Origin: Lingula anatina
Lineage: Eukaryota > Animalia > Brachiopoda
DNA: 64,000 bases
Reading direction: 5' to 3'
NCBI GenBank assembly: GCA_051362555.1
Contig: CM120642.1
Location: 13,082,001 to 13,146,000, forward strand
Shown: positions 23,833 through 36,700 of the stretch, piece by piece
Layout of the letters: every line of letters begins with the position of its first letter
Position numbering within the stretch: the first letter of the stretch is position 1
The notes under the pieces: generated by a model
The model's database searches: none
Seen by the model: only the letters and a program-made list of their open reading frames with translations
What the model was told of the DNA's origin: nothing
Translations under genes and position numbers: made by a program

Positions 23833-26800
23833 ATGAATGGAGAGGGAGACTTTGGTGGCTCTGTGCAAAACAGCAAACAAGAAAGCTTCACTGGTAATAA
23901 TTATATACTTAAAAATGCTGAAAAATGAGCTTATTAACTTACATATACAATAATAGAATGATAAAAATGGTAAAAAGTTAAAATTTTAATACACTGTCAA
24001 TGATGAGTCCATGCTAGCATGACGTTTTGTGTGTTACTACAGTGTTAGCACTCCTATAAGGGTTTTTGATAAGTAGTATACATAGACATATCAGAAACCT
24101 TAGAAACTTCATGCTTGTCCAATACTTGTACCACACTAGTTAACACACCAGTGCTAGTTGACATTGCTAAACAATACATCCACCTTAACATTGGTAGATC
24201 ATTTATTGACAGAAAAGTCACTCTCTGTTTCTTGATTTTAGATAAATGTGAGAAAAAATGTCCATTCCTATGTTCAAAATATAAACAGTTTACCTTAAAT
24301 AGTCAGGGGCATAACCAGACCTTTTAAAATTGTACGCACAGATTTTCAAAATTCCTTGGTGCAATTTATGTAGACTTTTGAAACATATGAAACAGATAAA
24401 TCAGTATATGTCAAATATTATAGCTTATTTTTCACTAGTTATAAAATCATTTTCACTGGTTATAAAATCATCACTTTAAATTGAAAATATTACTGCATTT
24501 TAATAAGGTTCCAGTATATTATTGCACCCAGAATGGTTTGGTTATATAAGTAGACGCTTACTGACATATATGAACCTTGGGCACTGTACGAACTGCAAAC
24601 AATGCTTGCTTGTATCGAGCTAAATTCTGAATAATGGTGCAGTACTGTCGCTCGATGTGGTTTGTGCTAGTTATCAGGAGTTGTCAGAAAAGAATCCGAA
24701 GAGCAGTTTATCGTTGCAGTATTAATTTGTTGTCCACTTCTTGATAACCATGGTCAGCTTAATGATCTATTTACCAACAGTTCAACTTATATATATTGTA
24801 TCATCCGGCTTACGTGCAGGTGCATGGCTCCCAAAATCAACCAATATTATATGACAGTACAGAGCTCTGATATATCTACTTTTAAATATTTGTTTGTGAA
24901 AATTGCCCATGTCACCCTGTTGGTCTGTGTCAAAATTCTTTGAAGCTCTGCAAGAAAAGGATCCCTTTGTTTCTCTGGCTTCTTATTAAGCGCAATGTCC
25001 AGATTTTATCTAGTGCCCCCAGGTTTGCTGAAGCTGCTCTTTGAAAATAACGCACAGGTAGATTTTTACCTGAGATAAAAATCACCAGCCAGAGTGTGTT
25101 CAATACACTTAAGACAACTTGATGGACGATTAAGATAGGACTTCCAAAGGTAACTAGTTTGTTTACCTCAGTCCTGTGAAAGCAAATGAGACGGGGTGTC
25201 AGAACAATGGTGTGTATACAATTTATACAGAGGGGGTACATGCAGGTGACTTAAAGTTACTATTGAATGGGATTTTGAATTATATTCTGTGAAAAATACA
25301 CTAAATTTATAGAGATTAATATCATGGTTGGCCCAGAAAATTGTAGGCACAGTGCATCCATGTGTATGTCTGGTTATGTCCCTGATAGTGCTGCTGATAA
25401 AAATTGTACATGAAGCTAGTCATTATGAATAACATAATGTATGATAACAATGATAATTTTTTATCTTGTTCTTTATCAACAGAAAATGCAGTGGAGGAAG
25501 AGGTCCTGACCAAGGAAGCTGAACCAAATGAGGCTCTGATATCTGTCAATGACAAACCTGAATCTGTGAGTTGAAGTTGTATTTTTTCAGTGCTCAATAT
25601 GGAGTCAGATAAAATGTGCAAAATTTATGTAAATATGAACATTGTGATCAATGATCATCACTCAGATATAAAAAAACAGTAAACCCATGGAAAGTATTTC
25701 ATATTCTATTATGGCAAGTATATTTTTCTTTTGTTGAAACTTTTTAAAGAGAATTTTGTTATTGAACAACATTATCTGATTCAAAGATAAGCTATTTAAT
25801 CTGCACTAGTAAATGTTGTGAAGAACCCTAACAATGTGGTTGGATTAAGTTTTTTGGACATAAACCTGACATTAGACCCCAATGGAAAAGTATTGTAAAA
25901 GGGAAACAGAAACTAAATTTGACCAAGCTCATATTTCCATAATATTATTTTACTAATAAATCTATTTGCTTTGAATTGATTGATTGTTTTTACCTATTTA
26001 TGCAGTTCTGCATTGATATAAGGCTCTTTCTCAATGAAACTATCCTTCTATGTAGGGCAATCCAACTTTGTAATATTTGCCTTAAAGTATCCTGTGTTTC
26101 AGTAATAAAAATAATTTAAAAAATGTCACAAAGAAGAACTGGGACCCATAACTCGAAAGCATCGCACATTGCGACCAAATGCAAGCTTCTCGCTTCCATA
26201 ACTCGCCTATACTAACCCCATATAATGCATTGTAGCCTCTTTGTGATATCGCTATTCGCAATACGGGATGCTTTTGAGTTACGAGGCCAGGTCTTATATT
26301 TAGATAAATATAACACTTTCATTCTGTCTTCTATTCCAGCACCATGATGTATTTGATGGGCAGAAGTATGAAGATGATTTTGAAGAAGGGGACCCATTGG
26401 ACTGCTGCACATGTGTCACCTGGGCCAGGTGTTGCCACTGTATACCAGAACCCAACAGAACGAGGCTGAAATTTAGTCTGATCTTCTTTGTTAACCTGGC
26501 AGTCTACCTGCTCTCAACCTCCTTCATATATCTAGACATAGGCCTGGATATTTACTACATGGTGACATTCCTGCACAGGCGTGGCTATATGATAGCATTA
26601 GGTCTCAGTGCTGCTTTCATGATGTTGTCTATGCTTGTGGCTGCCATTGTCAACAACCAGATCAGATTTGGGAGCGAGGAAGAAGCCACTGAATCTCAGT
26701 CTTCAAACAGGATGACAAAAGTGAAGAAAAACTGCAAAAGATTGTGCTACCTGTTACTAGATTTCCCCTTACCACAGCTCTATATAGGCTATACACTGCT

Positions 26801-28490
26801 TAAACAGACTTCACATAAGATGAAATTGTTCTGCATGGCTCTTAGCTGTTGTAAGAAGAGAGAACAAGTGGAGGAGAATTTAGAGGAAATTAAAAAATGG
26901 AACAGAGAGGCCAGCAGGGGGCTGTCTGCTAGAATTCCAACAGCTGTGTCTTTGGCGGTTTCGACTGACAGGGAAGCACATAAAAATTGCGATGGCGACA
27001 CCAGGGGTAGTGGAAGTGATAGTTTACCAATAACAGAGAATGAAGTCGAAGAAAATGTAGAGACTGATAGATTAATGGGTGGCGAAATTCCTTTGGATGA
27101 TTTGGACACAGGAAAAGCAAAACATGATGGTGGTCATGCTTCCGAAGTTGCTGGTAAAGATTACACAAGTACTGGAGCTGGGAGGGATGAAAGTGACGAG
27201 GAAGATGAGGAAATCACTTACATTGATGAAGCTGCTGGATTTTTCAAGTCTCCTTACATTCCTCCCAAGATGGAAGAAGACATACCAGATGGAGTGGATC
27301 ATGCAGGGTTTTTTGTCAATGTCCCAGGAAAGAGTATTCCAAAGGATTTGGATATTATAGAAAACGTTGTCCAAGATGAAGGTATAGATGTTCCAAATAC
27401 ACAAAGAGAAATCAACCTAGTGGAGATGAGTATTACCTCTGATTTTTATGTTGCCCGTATTAAACTTTTAGAAAGTTTGCTTGAGGCTGCACCACAGCTT
27501 CTTATCAATCTTTTCATCATGATGCGGTACCATGATAATGTTGAGACTATTCAAATAGTAGTTGCTGTTGTTTCTTTCCTTTCATTTGTGTGGGGCATTG
27601 TGCAGTTTGAAAGACTGGCCAAGACAAATGGGTGCTTTGAGCATACACAAAGGTATCGTGCTCCAAACCGCATGGAGATTTCACAGACTGTGCTGGTTTT
27701 TCTGTACAAAGCTTTGCTCCTGGGAGCACGTTTCCTGTCTCTCGTGTACTTTGCCTCAACATTTACTTTTGTCATTCTTGCTGTGGTATTGACACATTTT
27801 TTTCTCTCTGTGATCTGGCTGACGTACAACAGAGTTCACTTTGGAGTTTTTAAATTAATGGATGAGACTGTATCTGTTCAGGAAAAATGGCAACATTTTT
27901 TGATGATAATCATCAACAGTGTGTTGAATATTTTCCTTTATTTTCATGATATGTATCCAACATGGGAATCCCCCTCTCTTCTTCTGTCTGCGGACATGGT
28001 GATTTATTACCTCTTTTTCACTGTGGAAACCATAATGTTATTGCTTTTTCCCATGGCAAGAAACAAGCACAACACAGACAAACACTACTACTTCATAATG
28101 GGTGCCTGTCTGCTGGGACTTTTTCTGGGTCTGGGTCTAATGTTTCTGTATTATTTTTGTGTACACAAATCAAAAAAGGTTATGCGTCACAGATATCTTG
28201 GTTTTTGTAACCGAAATAAGGACAAAAATGTGCCCATGCCTTACAGAGACTATCATACAAAGAACATTAAAATGATAGAAAAGAGAGATGTTGATAAGGG
28301 AAAGAAGATAGAAATGGGTGAGATGTACAAAGAGACATACCTGGGGTGCAGGAAGAAAGGAGTGTGCATCGTTTCAACAGCAGGTGGCATTTACAAGATG
28401 GTCCCCCTGGAGGCTGTGAAAAGAAAAATCCACAAGGAAACGACAAAAGTAGCACAAAATAGTGAAGGAGAAGCAGAAACACAAATTTGA
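23833..28490 (+). CDS. XK-related (XKR) multi-pass membrane protein / putative phospholipid scramblase, about 764 aa
   Basis: Exons 23833-23893, 25483-25565, 26340-28490 join in frame. TM1 has YLDIGLDIY; family motif LESLLEAAPQL; SFLSFVWG; ARFLSL; about 10 hydrophobic segments. Confidence 0.88.
26139..26290. mobile_element. Degenerate MITE
   Basis: CTGGGACCCATAACTCGAAAGCATCGCACATTGCGA pairs imperfectly with TCGCAATACGGGATGCTTTTGAGTTACGAGGCCAG; CpG-rich relative to the flanks. Confidence 0.65.
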
Positions 28491-30710
28491 TCGAGTTTGC
28501 CTTTTTATACTGAAACATTTTTTTAATTTTTCTGCTGTGAGTCAATTGATTTTTATTTAAACTGCTCAAGGATGTACTACCAGCATTTGAAGATGTTCCA
28601 AAGTTATATATTATATGTTAAAAGAACTTAACTTTCCAAATTCAAACCTAAAATAATTCAAATACCTGACAGTGATAGGTTTTCTGAACTATACAGGAAG
28701 ATATGGCAGTGTAAGTGACTGGCTACCCATTTAGAACTAATTTTTTTTTTTTTATTTATTTAAAAAGGGTATTTTTAAATCATGTTAAAACATTGAATTC
28801 AACTGCAGGGGTGGGTTGAGCAACAGTTTACAAGTAGGTTGAAGCTGCTTTTTTCTTAAAGGAAAATTTGATTTAGCAGGAATAGCCATAATACATAATT
28901 GTGTAATTGTTTTTTAATTAAATAGTAAGGCACTGATGTAGTGCAATTTTTGTAAATATACGTAGACTTATGGCTAGTAAGTTAATTAATTGGAAATACA
29001 GTTTTTATTATTGATGGAAACATCAGATGGGCTGTAACATTTATGTTCATACCCAGAAGTCATTTCTTGGAGATAAGAATTTGAAAATTGTATTTTTTAC
29101 AAAGAAAGAAATATGAGCGACTATGAAAAGGATTGTAGATTTGATTCTATTTTGTTCAGTCAAAGATAATTACAATTATTTTTATACAGATGATAATGTC
29201 AAATTAATTTGTTCAGTCTTAGTATTTTTAATCAACATTTAGTATTTGATATATGTTGGTTTGGCAGTTGAAAGTAAAATTGCCCTTGGCAAAACTGTAA
29301 ACACCCTCAATTGATACCATGTCAATCGGGGTGTTTATTCCCTAGTTTTCTACTGATGAAAGATGGTGGAATACCAAGTTGCAAATTAAGGGCGCATCCA
29401 GAGATATTTTCTGACAGTCTTCCAATTTATCTTCATGGATCCATCCTCCATTTTTAATCATCATTCGATAGAAAAAAAATGGATACCCGTCAATGTAAAC
29501 TTGAAAATCTAATCGTCTTCCGGAAGACCTAGAAGATGGTCTCAATCTGCCCTTGCAAATCACTGGTGCAAAGCAGATGCTAGTCTGTACACATATATTG
29601 AGGTCAGGGGTGGAACCACAATTGCAGCAGCAGTGCCAGTACATATAGCATATAACACTTGTAGTAGAAATAGTTATACTATTAATTACCATTACAACGG
29701 TACAGTAGCTTACGTTTTTTTTTTGTTTTTTTTTAAATACTAGTCAATATTAATGAGTGTGCATATTCATATTGCAAGGTATTTCGTATTAAGAATATTT
29801 TTTGTACAAACTTACATTCATGTTCAAATTTTTTATTCTTTTAAATTGTACTAAATGTCAAAAGTGCAATGTTATGTAAGCAGTATAATGGCTTTATTTG
29901 TGCTTTTAGTACATTTTACTCCATTTTTTTTAGATGTAACATTTACAAAAGAATAAAAGTCATCAGAAGTGAGAAACATTAATGAAACCTACATATTTGT
30001 TCAGTACTATATCAAATAGTGTGTGTCAACCGGTGCTGTTATCAGTTGTGGGGTTTGCTTCATCTGTGAAAGAAACATTTACCAAGATACATTTACCATA
30101 CGAAATGTAAAATAACCAGTTCATCTTTTCATAGTTTTTATGAGTATAATTAACTTTGAAAAAGATACTCAAAAACCTACACAGGTTCACAGGGACAAAC
30201 CTTATGTGTTGAAATCGATCGAGTTTGATAACTAATGAAGCACAAACTGAACTAGATATATTGTCAACATAGGATAATATATAGCAGCTTAATGTTTGAA
30301 TTTTAAATATCCCCCCCCAAAAAAAAATGAATAAATAAAAGTAATTTATATCATAATGTTAACACATGTTGATATCCAATCACATGACATGCAACCAGTA
30401 CTTAAAACGATCCCCCTTACACAATTCCTGCCTATGCCAGTATGAGTTTCCTCTTGCTTCACATACATGAGCCATTGACACAACTGTACTGGACAATAAT
30501 TTGATTTACATGAGCATGGGTGACAGTCAATCCACAAATAACTATTCATAATTTTGAACTACCCATGTATAAAACAGACCACTGATTGGATTTTTTTCTT
30601 TTGTCTGAAATAAAATGAACGAGTAAATTGCTGTCTCACAAAAAAAAAATCTGTTCAGTAGATGCTTTACTTATGTATAGTTTAAAAACAGTTTGTGACA
30701 TCTGCCTTTG

Positions 30711-33700
30711 TTAATGTTTTTCCAATGCTTTCTCCAGGAGTTGATTCAATCTTCCAAGCATAGACCTGGGATCATCTACCAGACCGGCAGCCACCAGGGC
30801 ATTGTCAAATATCTGCAAGACAAGCAACACTCAAAAGTCCCCACACCTGCTCCACTATAAGGACACATAACATATTTGCTGAATTCTTATTCAATTAAAA
30901 AACTAGTTAACTAATCTTAATAAAATCACAGATTCATCACATTTGAATTTAAAAAAGCTTCTCCAATGGACAATTTGATGCAGTGCACATGATAAGGATG
31001 TTTCGGAAGTATTTAGACTGCCAATGGAAAACTGAATGGCGTTGAATGCATTACCTGGCACCCATTCATAACCATTCACCAATATGTACTATTAAAACAG
31101 AAAGCAAATACCAAACACCGATTCTATGCAAAATGACCCTAATTTTTCCACCTACCTGATCTGCTAGAAGATTAGCCAAGTCTGGGTTTGAGTCTTTCAG
31201 TGTGGAAAGTTTTCTGATAATAGGATGTCTGGAAAAGCAGGGATTATTATTCTTAAAGACTTATAATACAAAGAATACCTGTGGATCTAAATTATTGAAA
31301 TTACTTTGAACTCTCAAGAAAAGATTTATCAATTGAGGTCATTTATCATAAAATGAATCCAAATTGTACAACAAGCACAAAGTACATGGTACAAACCTAA
31401 AACTGCATATTCTATTACTAAAAAGATCCAACTGTTACACAAATGACTTCAAAATTTAATCTAAGCTTTCTACAGATTTATTAATCCCTTTTTATTGTTC
31501 CTTGTTGACAAGTTGTTGTGCATACTTTGGGTTAATTTCTAGAGTTGCTTGCAGCAAACGGTATTTGTCTTCATCTGAGCGCCCAAGTAAGCTGGTTTTC
31601 AAAAGATGGCGCGCAGCTCCCATCTCCATGACAGAAATCACTGCTGGATGGGAAACCAGGCGATTTGTGATCTGGAACGACACATACATCAGACTATTAC
31701 AATATCCTTCTTGACCACTTCAACTCTTGAATAACATGTACTTTCGTTCACCCAGGCACTATTATTAAGTCCCATTTTCAAAGCGCCAAGCATATGGAGG
31801 TCCATGGCTAGTTTTCAACAGCACCAGTCTTGTTACACAGACAAATCGTTACTGTTTTGATAATCCAATGGAATAGCAGCAGCCACTCATACTTCATGTA
31901 AATGAAGTTTGCTTTTACTGGAATCTGTTCAGTGCAAAAGCTTCAACTATTATCTGCCTACAGTAATTTCATACACCATCACCTTGGCATACAATTTTTT
32001 CAAGCACTATAAAAATAATAGTACTATCATACCTTGGCTTTCACAATCTTTTGTCCCATTCTTGCTGTTATCCAGCTTATCAGAGCATCCGCCTCTTCCT
32101 GCTTCAAACTGTCTGCATCTGCTCACCCCCCCCAAAAAATGTAAGCTTGAATAATTACTGACTTATCAGATCTTCTGAATCATAATTTCTCATTTTATAA
32201 ATATTTTTAATATCACAATTATGTTCAACAATCAGCATCTCCCTAAATATCTATCGAATTCATTTGAACACAAATTATTATTTCACATTAGTTTTAAAAA
32301 ATCTCTGAATCAAGAGAAAAATCTTATTAGGTCACAGAACGATTTTCTAGTTATTTTCTTGACAACATACCTGAACTATCGATTTTGTCTGTCCCTGTTT
32401 GATCTGCTGCCATTTCCGTCTCAATCGATCGGAGATTCTTCTTGTCAAACTGTTGCAGAGTCAGAAGCACCAGCTCATCATAAGGATTGAAACAGAAGAG
32501 GACTTCATGGCCCTTCTCCTTGACCGCTTCAAAGTATGGAGATGTTTCTGCAAGCTCACGGCTGAAATTTAACACAGCATTGAAATTTAATTCATGTCAA
32601 AGTGCAATAATTTCTTGTCGATTGCTCTCAGTACCATTAAAAAAAACGATATTTATACAGAAGCATTAAGTATCACATAGTTGTTACCTCGGAGCATGGA
32701 AGTAGTAAATGGTCCTCGCACCAGCTTCCATTCTTTCCGCATACTCTGACAGACTCGTGGTCTCTCCAGGGTGCTTAGTGGATGATTCAAACCGCAGCAG
32801 TCGGGCTATGTCTTCCTGAAACAGATAAACAAGCTTTACATGATGATATTGTTTGCTGACAAAATCTGTTTATTTTATTTTTTTTTTTACAAAATTACCC
32901 CAAAATTTGTTGCCAATAACTGAATCAAATTGTAATCAGGCAAAACTTTTAACAGATAAATGAGATTATTGAAATCTAGCACAGCATAAATTAACTTAAT
33001 TCAATTATAAAAATCATTTGGGAAATGAAGAAGACTTGAAAACACTACAACTACATGGATCATAAATCTTGAGCTATGCAGTACTTAATATGTTATTACT
33101 TCAATCAATAAGTTGTTCTTTATAAATGATGTCCGTACCCTCTCCTGTTGATCCTGGGTGTTAAGAATACCCTCTATAAAATACATGCCATAGTCCTTGT
33201 AAAATTCCTTGTACTTTTCAGGATCTTTTTTGGCTTGTTCCAGAAAATAACGCACCAGTCTATTGGTAAGCACAGTTCTTAGTTTCCTGGAAAGTTTAAA
33301 AGATAAAAGCAAATTAATATGACAGTTACTTATGGCCATCCTCTTGGTCATGTTCTTAAATATCTATAAGATAAAATCCTAATGCCATGTTAATCTAGTA
33401 GTTGAAAATCTTTCTTTTAAGCATGGTAATAATCTTGAAATCCAGTGATCAAGTGACATACATCTACTCCTTTAGTCTTGTCCCTGGAACAAATGAAATA
33501 TAATTAATTTGAGTTACTAAATTGAGAGACCACGTATTTCCATATAAAAAAATCTGTAGCCTGCTGTATTTTAAGTTTATTCACTAGGTGGAGTCCTGGT
33601 TGGTCTTACCTGATGAGTGCACTGTCTTGAAGAAGTTCTCTGCTCAGGTTGAGAGGGATGTCCTCACTGTCCACCACACCTGAAAGCATGAAAGCAAACG

Positions 33701-36700
33701 TTTAATGATTATGGTCCTCATTAATAAACATTAAATACTTCAAGGATATGAAAATCTTTTCTCTAATTATGCTGTCTTGAAAACAAACATCAAGTATCTA
33801 CAAACAGAAACACATGTTTTTTCAATGAGATAAAAAAAAACCTAAAGAAGTTTTTTTCTTTTTCTTTTCTTTTTCTTTTTTTTTTGAGGGGGGGGCTATT
33901 AAAATAAAAGTCATCATGGTAATAAATTCAAATTGAAAACAATTGCTTCCAACTTAAAATGTAATGTGACAGTTTGTCCATTTTATTGACGATATTGGTA
34001 TCTACCTTAAAGTATGGATGAAGTTGGAAAACTAAGATAATCTATCACAATTGTATTCAACTGGCACCAGATACGCTAGCACTGTATAGTTTGTGTATTC
34101 TAGATCTTACTGGCCTGGGAAATCCAGGGTTTCAGACAAATGGGACATTCCTCTCCCCAAACTCTTCTACCACAGTTTATCAACTAAATTTATTATTATT
34201 ATTGTTATTATGTCAAGTTAAACTTTTTATCTAAAAAAATAACAACAGTTATATTAATTCAATAGACTTGGCATTTATGATGAAACTGAACACAAATGAA
34301 CTCACTTTTATTAATAAGCAATTAAAGAGGGTTTGTCCTCAGCTGCAGCTAAATGACTGACAGATGGATGTTCCAACATGTTTCTCATTAAGCTTGCGCT
34401 TTTATCTTTAATTGTGCATAATATGGAAGCTAATTTTTGCACAGATGGCAACCATTTCTTCTGTGCATCAGGTTGTTGAAAACTAAATACATTTTTTGTC
34501 CACGGCAAACAAAAAAATACCATTTTTTTTTACAATTCATCTTGATTTTAATTGACTGGTGGTAAATGCGTCTCCCTTTTTCAAGTAAGCAAAATCTCGG
34601 TATAAGCCCTTGTATGTCCTAAAAGTGCTATTATAGCAACTCTACATGATAATCTAACTTAATCTTAACAAATTTAAAGGTTGCCAAATTAACTTTTCTG
34701 AGATGAAAGTATTATATCCCATCAACAGACAGTTTGAAAGAAATTGTATCAAATTAATTTTTAATCATTTTTGTCTTTTATCAATATATATGATTTCTCA
34801 ACGAAAAACCACATTGCCTGATACAGTGCACTATGTTAACTTGGCTTTCTCTGACATCATTCTGACTAATTGCATGAGTTTACATCACGAGTCACCAGAG
34901 GTTTAAAGAGGTAAGGTAACTGAGTTAACACATCATGTTACATGAACTTACATCACAGCATGGCAGACAGACAGCTTTTGTCTATTTACACCAGAAACAA
35001 GGTCAACAGCAACACAATTTAGCTTATAGGATTTTAATTTAATTATCAAATAAATTTATCTCAAATATTCTAAAGCAGGCAGCAAACTTTTTGTTTGATA
35101 TGGGTAAGGCAATATCAATATAAGTATGGAATTTTTATTATTAAACTAAATATTTCTGAAATCCCATGTAAACACTGCCTATTCTACCCGTCATGAATTT
35201 GTTTTTCATTTCTATTTTTTCTTTTACTATTTCATCACTTGTCTGAGAGCCTCACTGTCATTTGATCCCTCGTGCCTGTCCATCTGTCTGTCTGTCTGCC
35301 GTTTACTTAAGCCTTTATCTGTGCCCATACCTCGTAAAAATCGCAGCCACTTTGGCATCACACCCTTCGCCTGGTTCATGATCATCACCTTGCGACTGTA
35401 CAGCATGACACCAGCATCCAGCTCGCGACTCATCTCCCAAGCCACTAGAAAATTGAGAGGACACATGCAAACTATGGTGACTATGTTACCACTGTATAAC
35501 ACAACAGCAGTTATCAAATTCTTCATCAACTTAACATATTAAAATGAAAGGAGAAGGTATCCGGGGATGTGAGAAGCAGTTCTAAAAGGAAAAATATCCC
35601 TCCCGACTCCCCCTTAGATTTTCACACCTAATTTGTATTGCTGTGTACATTCCCTGATATCACACATTTACATACTCGTTGTTGGTGTTGTGATCATTCT
35701 AATTATATATAATTAGCTAAAACTTACTTGGAGCATCTGGGACATAGAACAATGCTCTTATATTCAGGGGAGCATCAGCCTTATACTGTAATGTGTACTT
35801 GGGTCGGTCATAGGACTTGCTGATAAACCTGTAGAATTCTTCATGCATGTCCTCCGTGACATCTTTTGGATCTAGCATCCACAGGGGCTGGAATTAAACA
35901 AGTCACTTCAGAGTCACTTCAACTTGGGATCACTTTCTTTCTTTCTTTTTCATTCAACAAGATCAGACAGGCTATGAGCATATCTAAACGGCGAAATATT
36001 CAGACTGGCAGTTACTAACAGTTAGTTATGCTGAAGGACTTTATGCTGGATAACTCTATCTTCTTTCTGTTCAGCAATAGTTTTGCTGTAACATATATAT
36101 ATATAAATATATTGTTCATGTTTTTACTCACCTGTATGGTATTGGCTTTCTTGCCTCCCACATAAATTGGGGCACCCACAAAATTACTGTACTTTTTAGT
36201 CACATCTAAATAGACAAAACAAACATGAGTGCAAACTTTTTAATTACAAATTTTTACACACGAAAGATAAAAAATCAAGATGATATCATTAATATCTGGC
36301 TACAATATCTGGCAGCCAACATAACTTTCTAGGCATCATTTAGAAGTCCTTTGCTAATTAATACTCCGCCTACCTTTGATTACATCCTCTTGGCAGAACT
36401 CATGGCTATCCATTTTGAGGTGAAGGACTATCTTTGTGCCTCTCTGGACATTTTCTGCTTCAGAAATCTCAAATTTTCCTTGTCTGCAATAGTGCAAGAA
36501 CACAACAATTACAGCAACACCACATTCATAGGGCAAATATGTTCAAATTCAATCCAACAGTCATAACACATCCATCTCATATTCTACTCTAAAGCAAAGT
36601 TTCAGAGTGACTTTTAAAAATACATTTCAAAAATTGTTCTTTTAAAAAAAAAGCGGTTCTATGTAACTTAGTCATTATTGGCTACAAAGTCATGATCCCG

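Noticed and set aside
26789-28569. Antisense and alternative-frame ORFs over the large XKR exon
   Set aside because: These are shadow ORFs of a real coding exon.
29342-29692. 116-aa minus-strand ORF (..LDFQVYIDGYPFF..) as a gene or transposase relic
   Set aside because: No good start or splice context and no recognisable domain; the resemblance to transposon IDG motifs is too weak.
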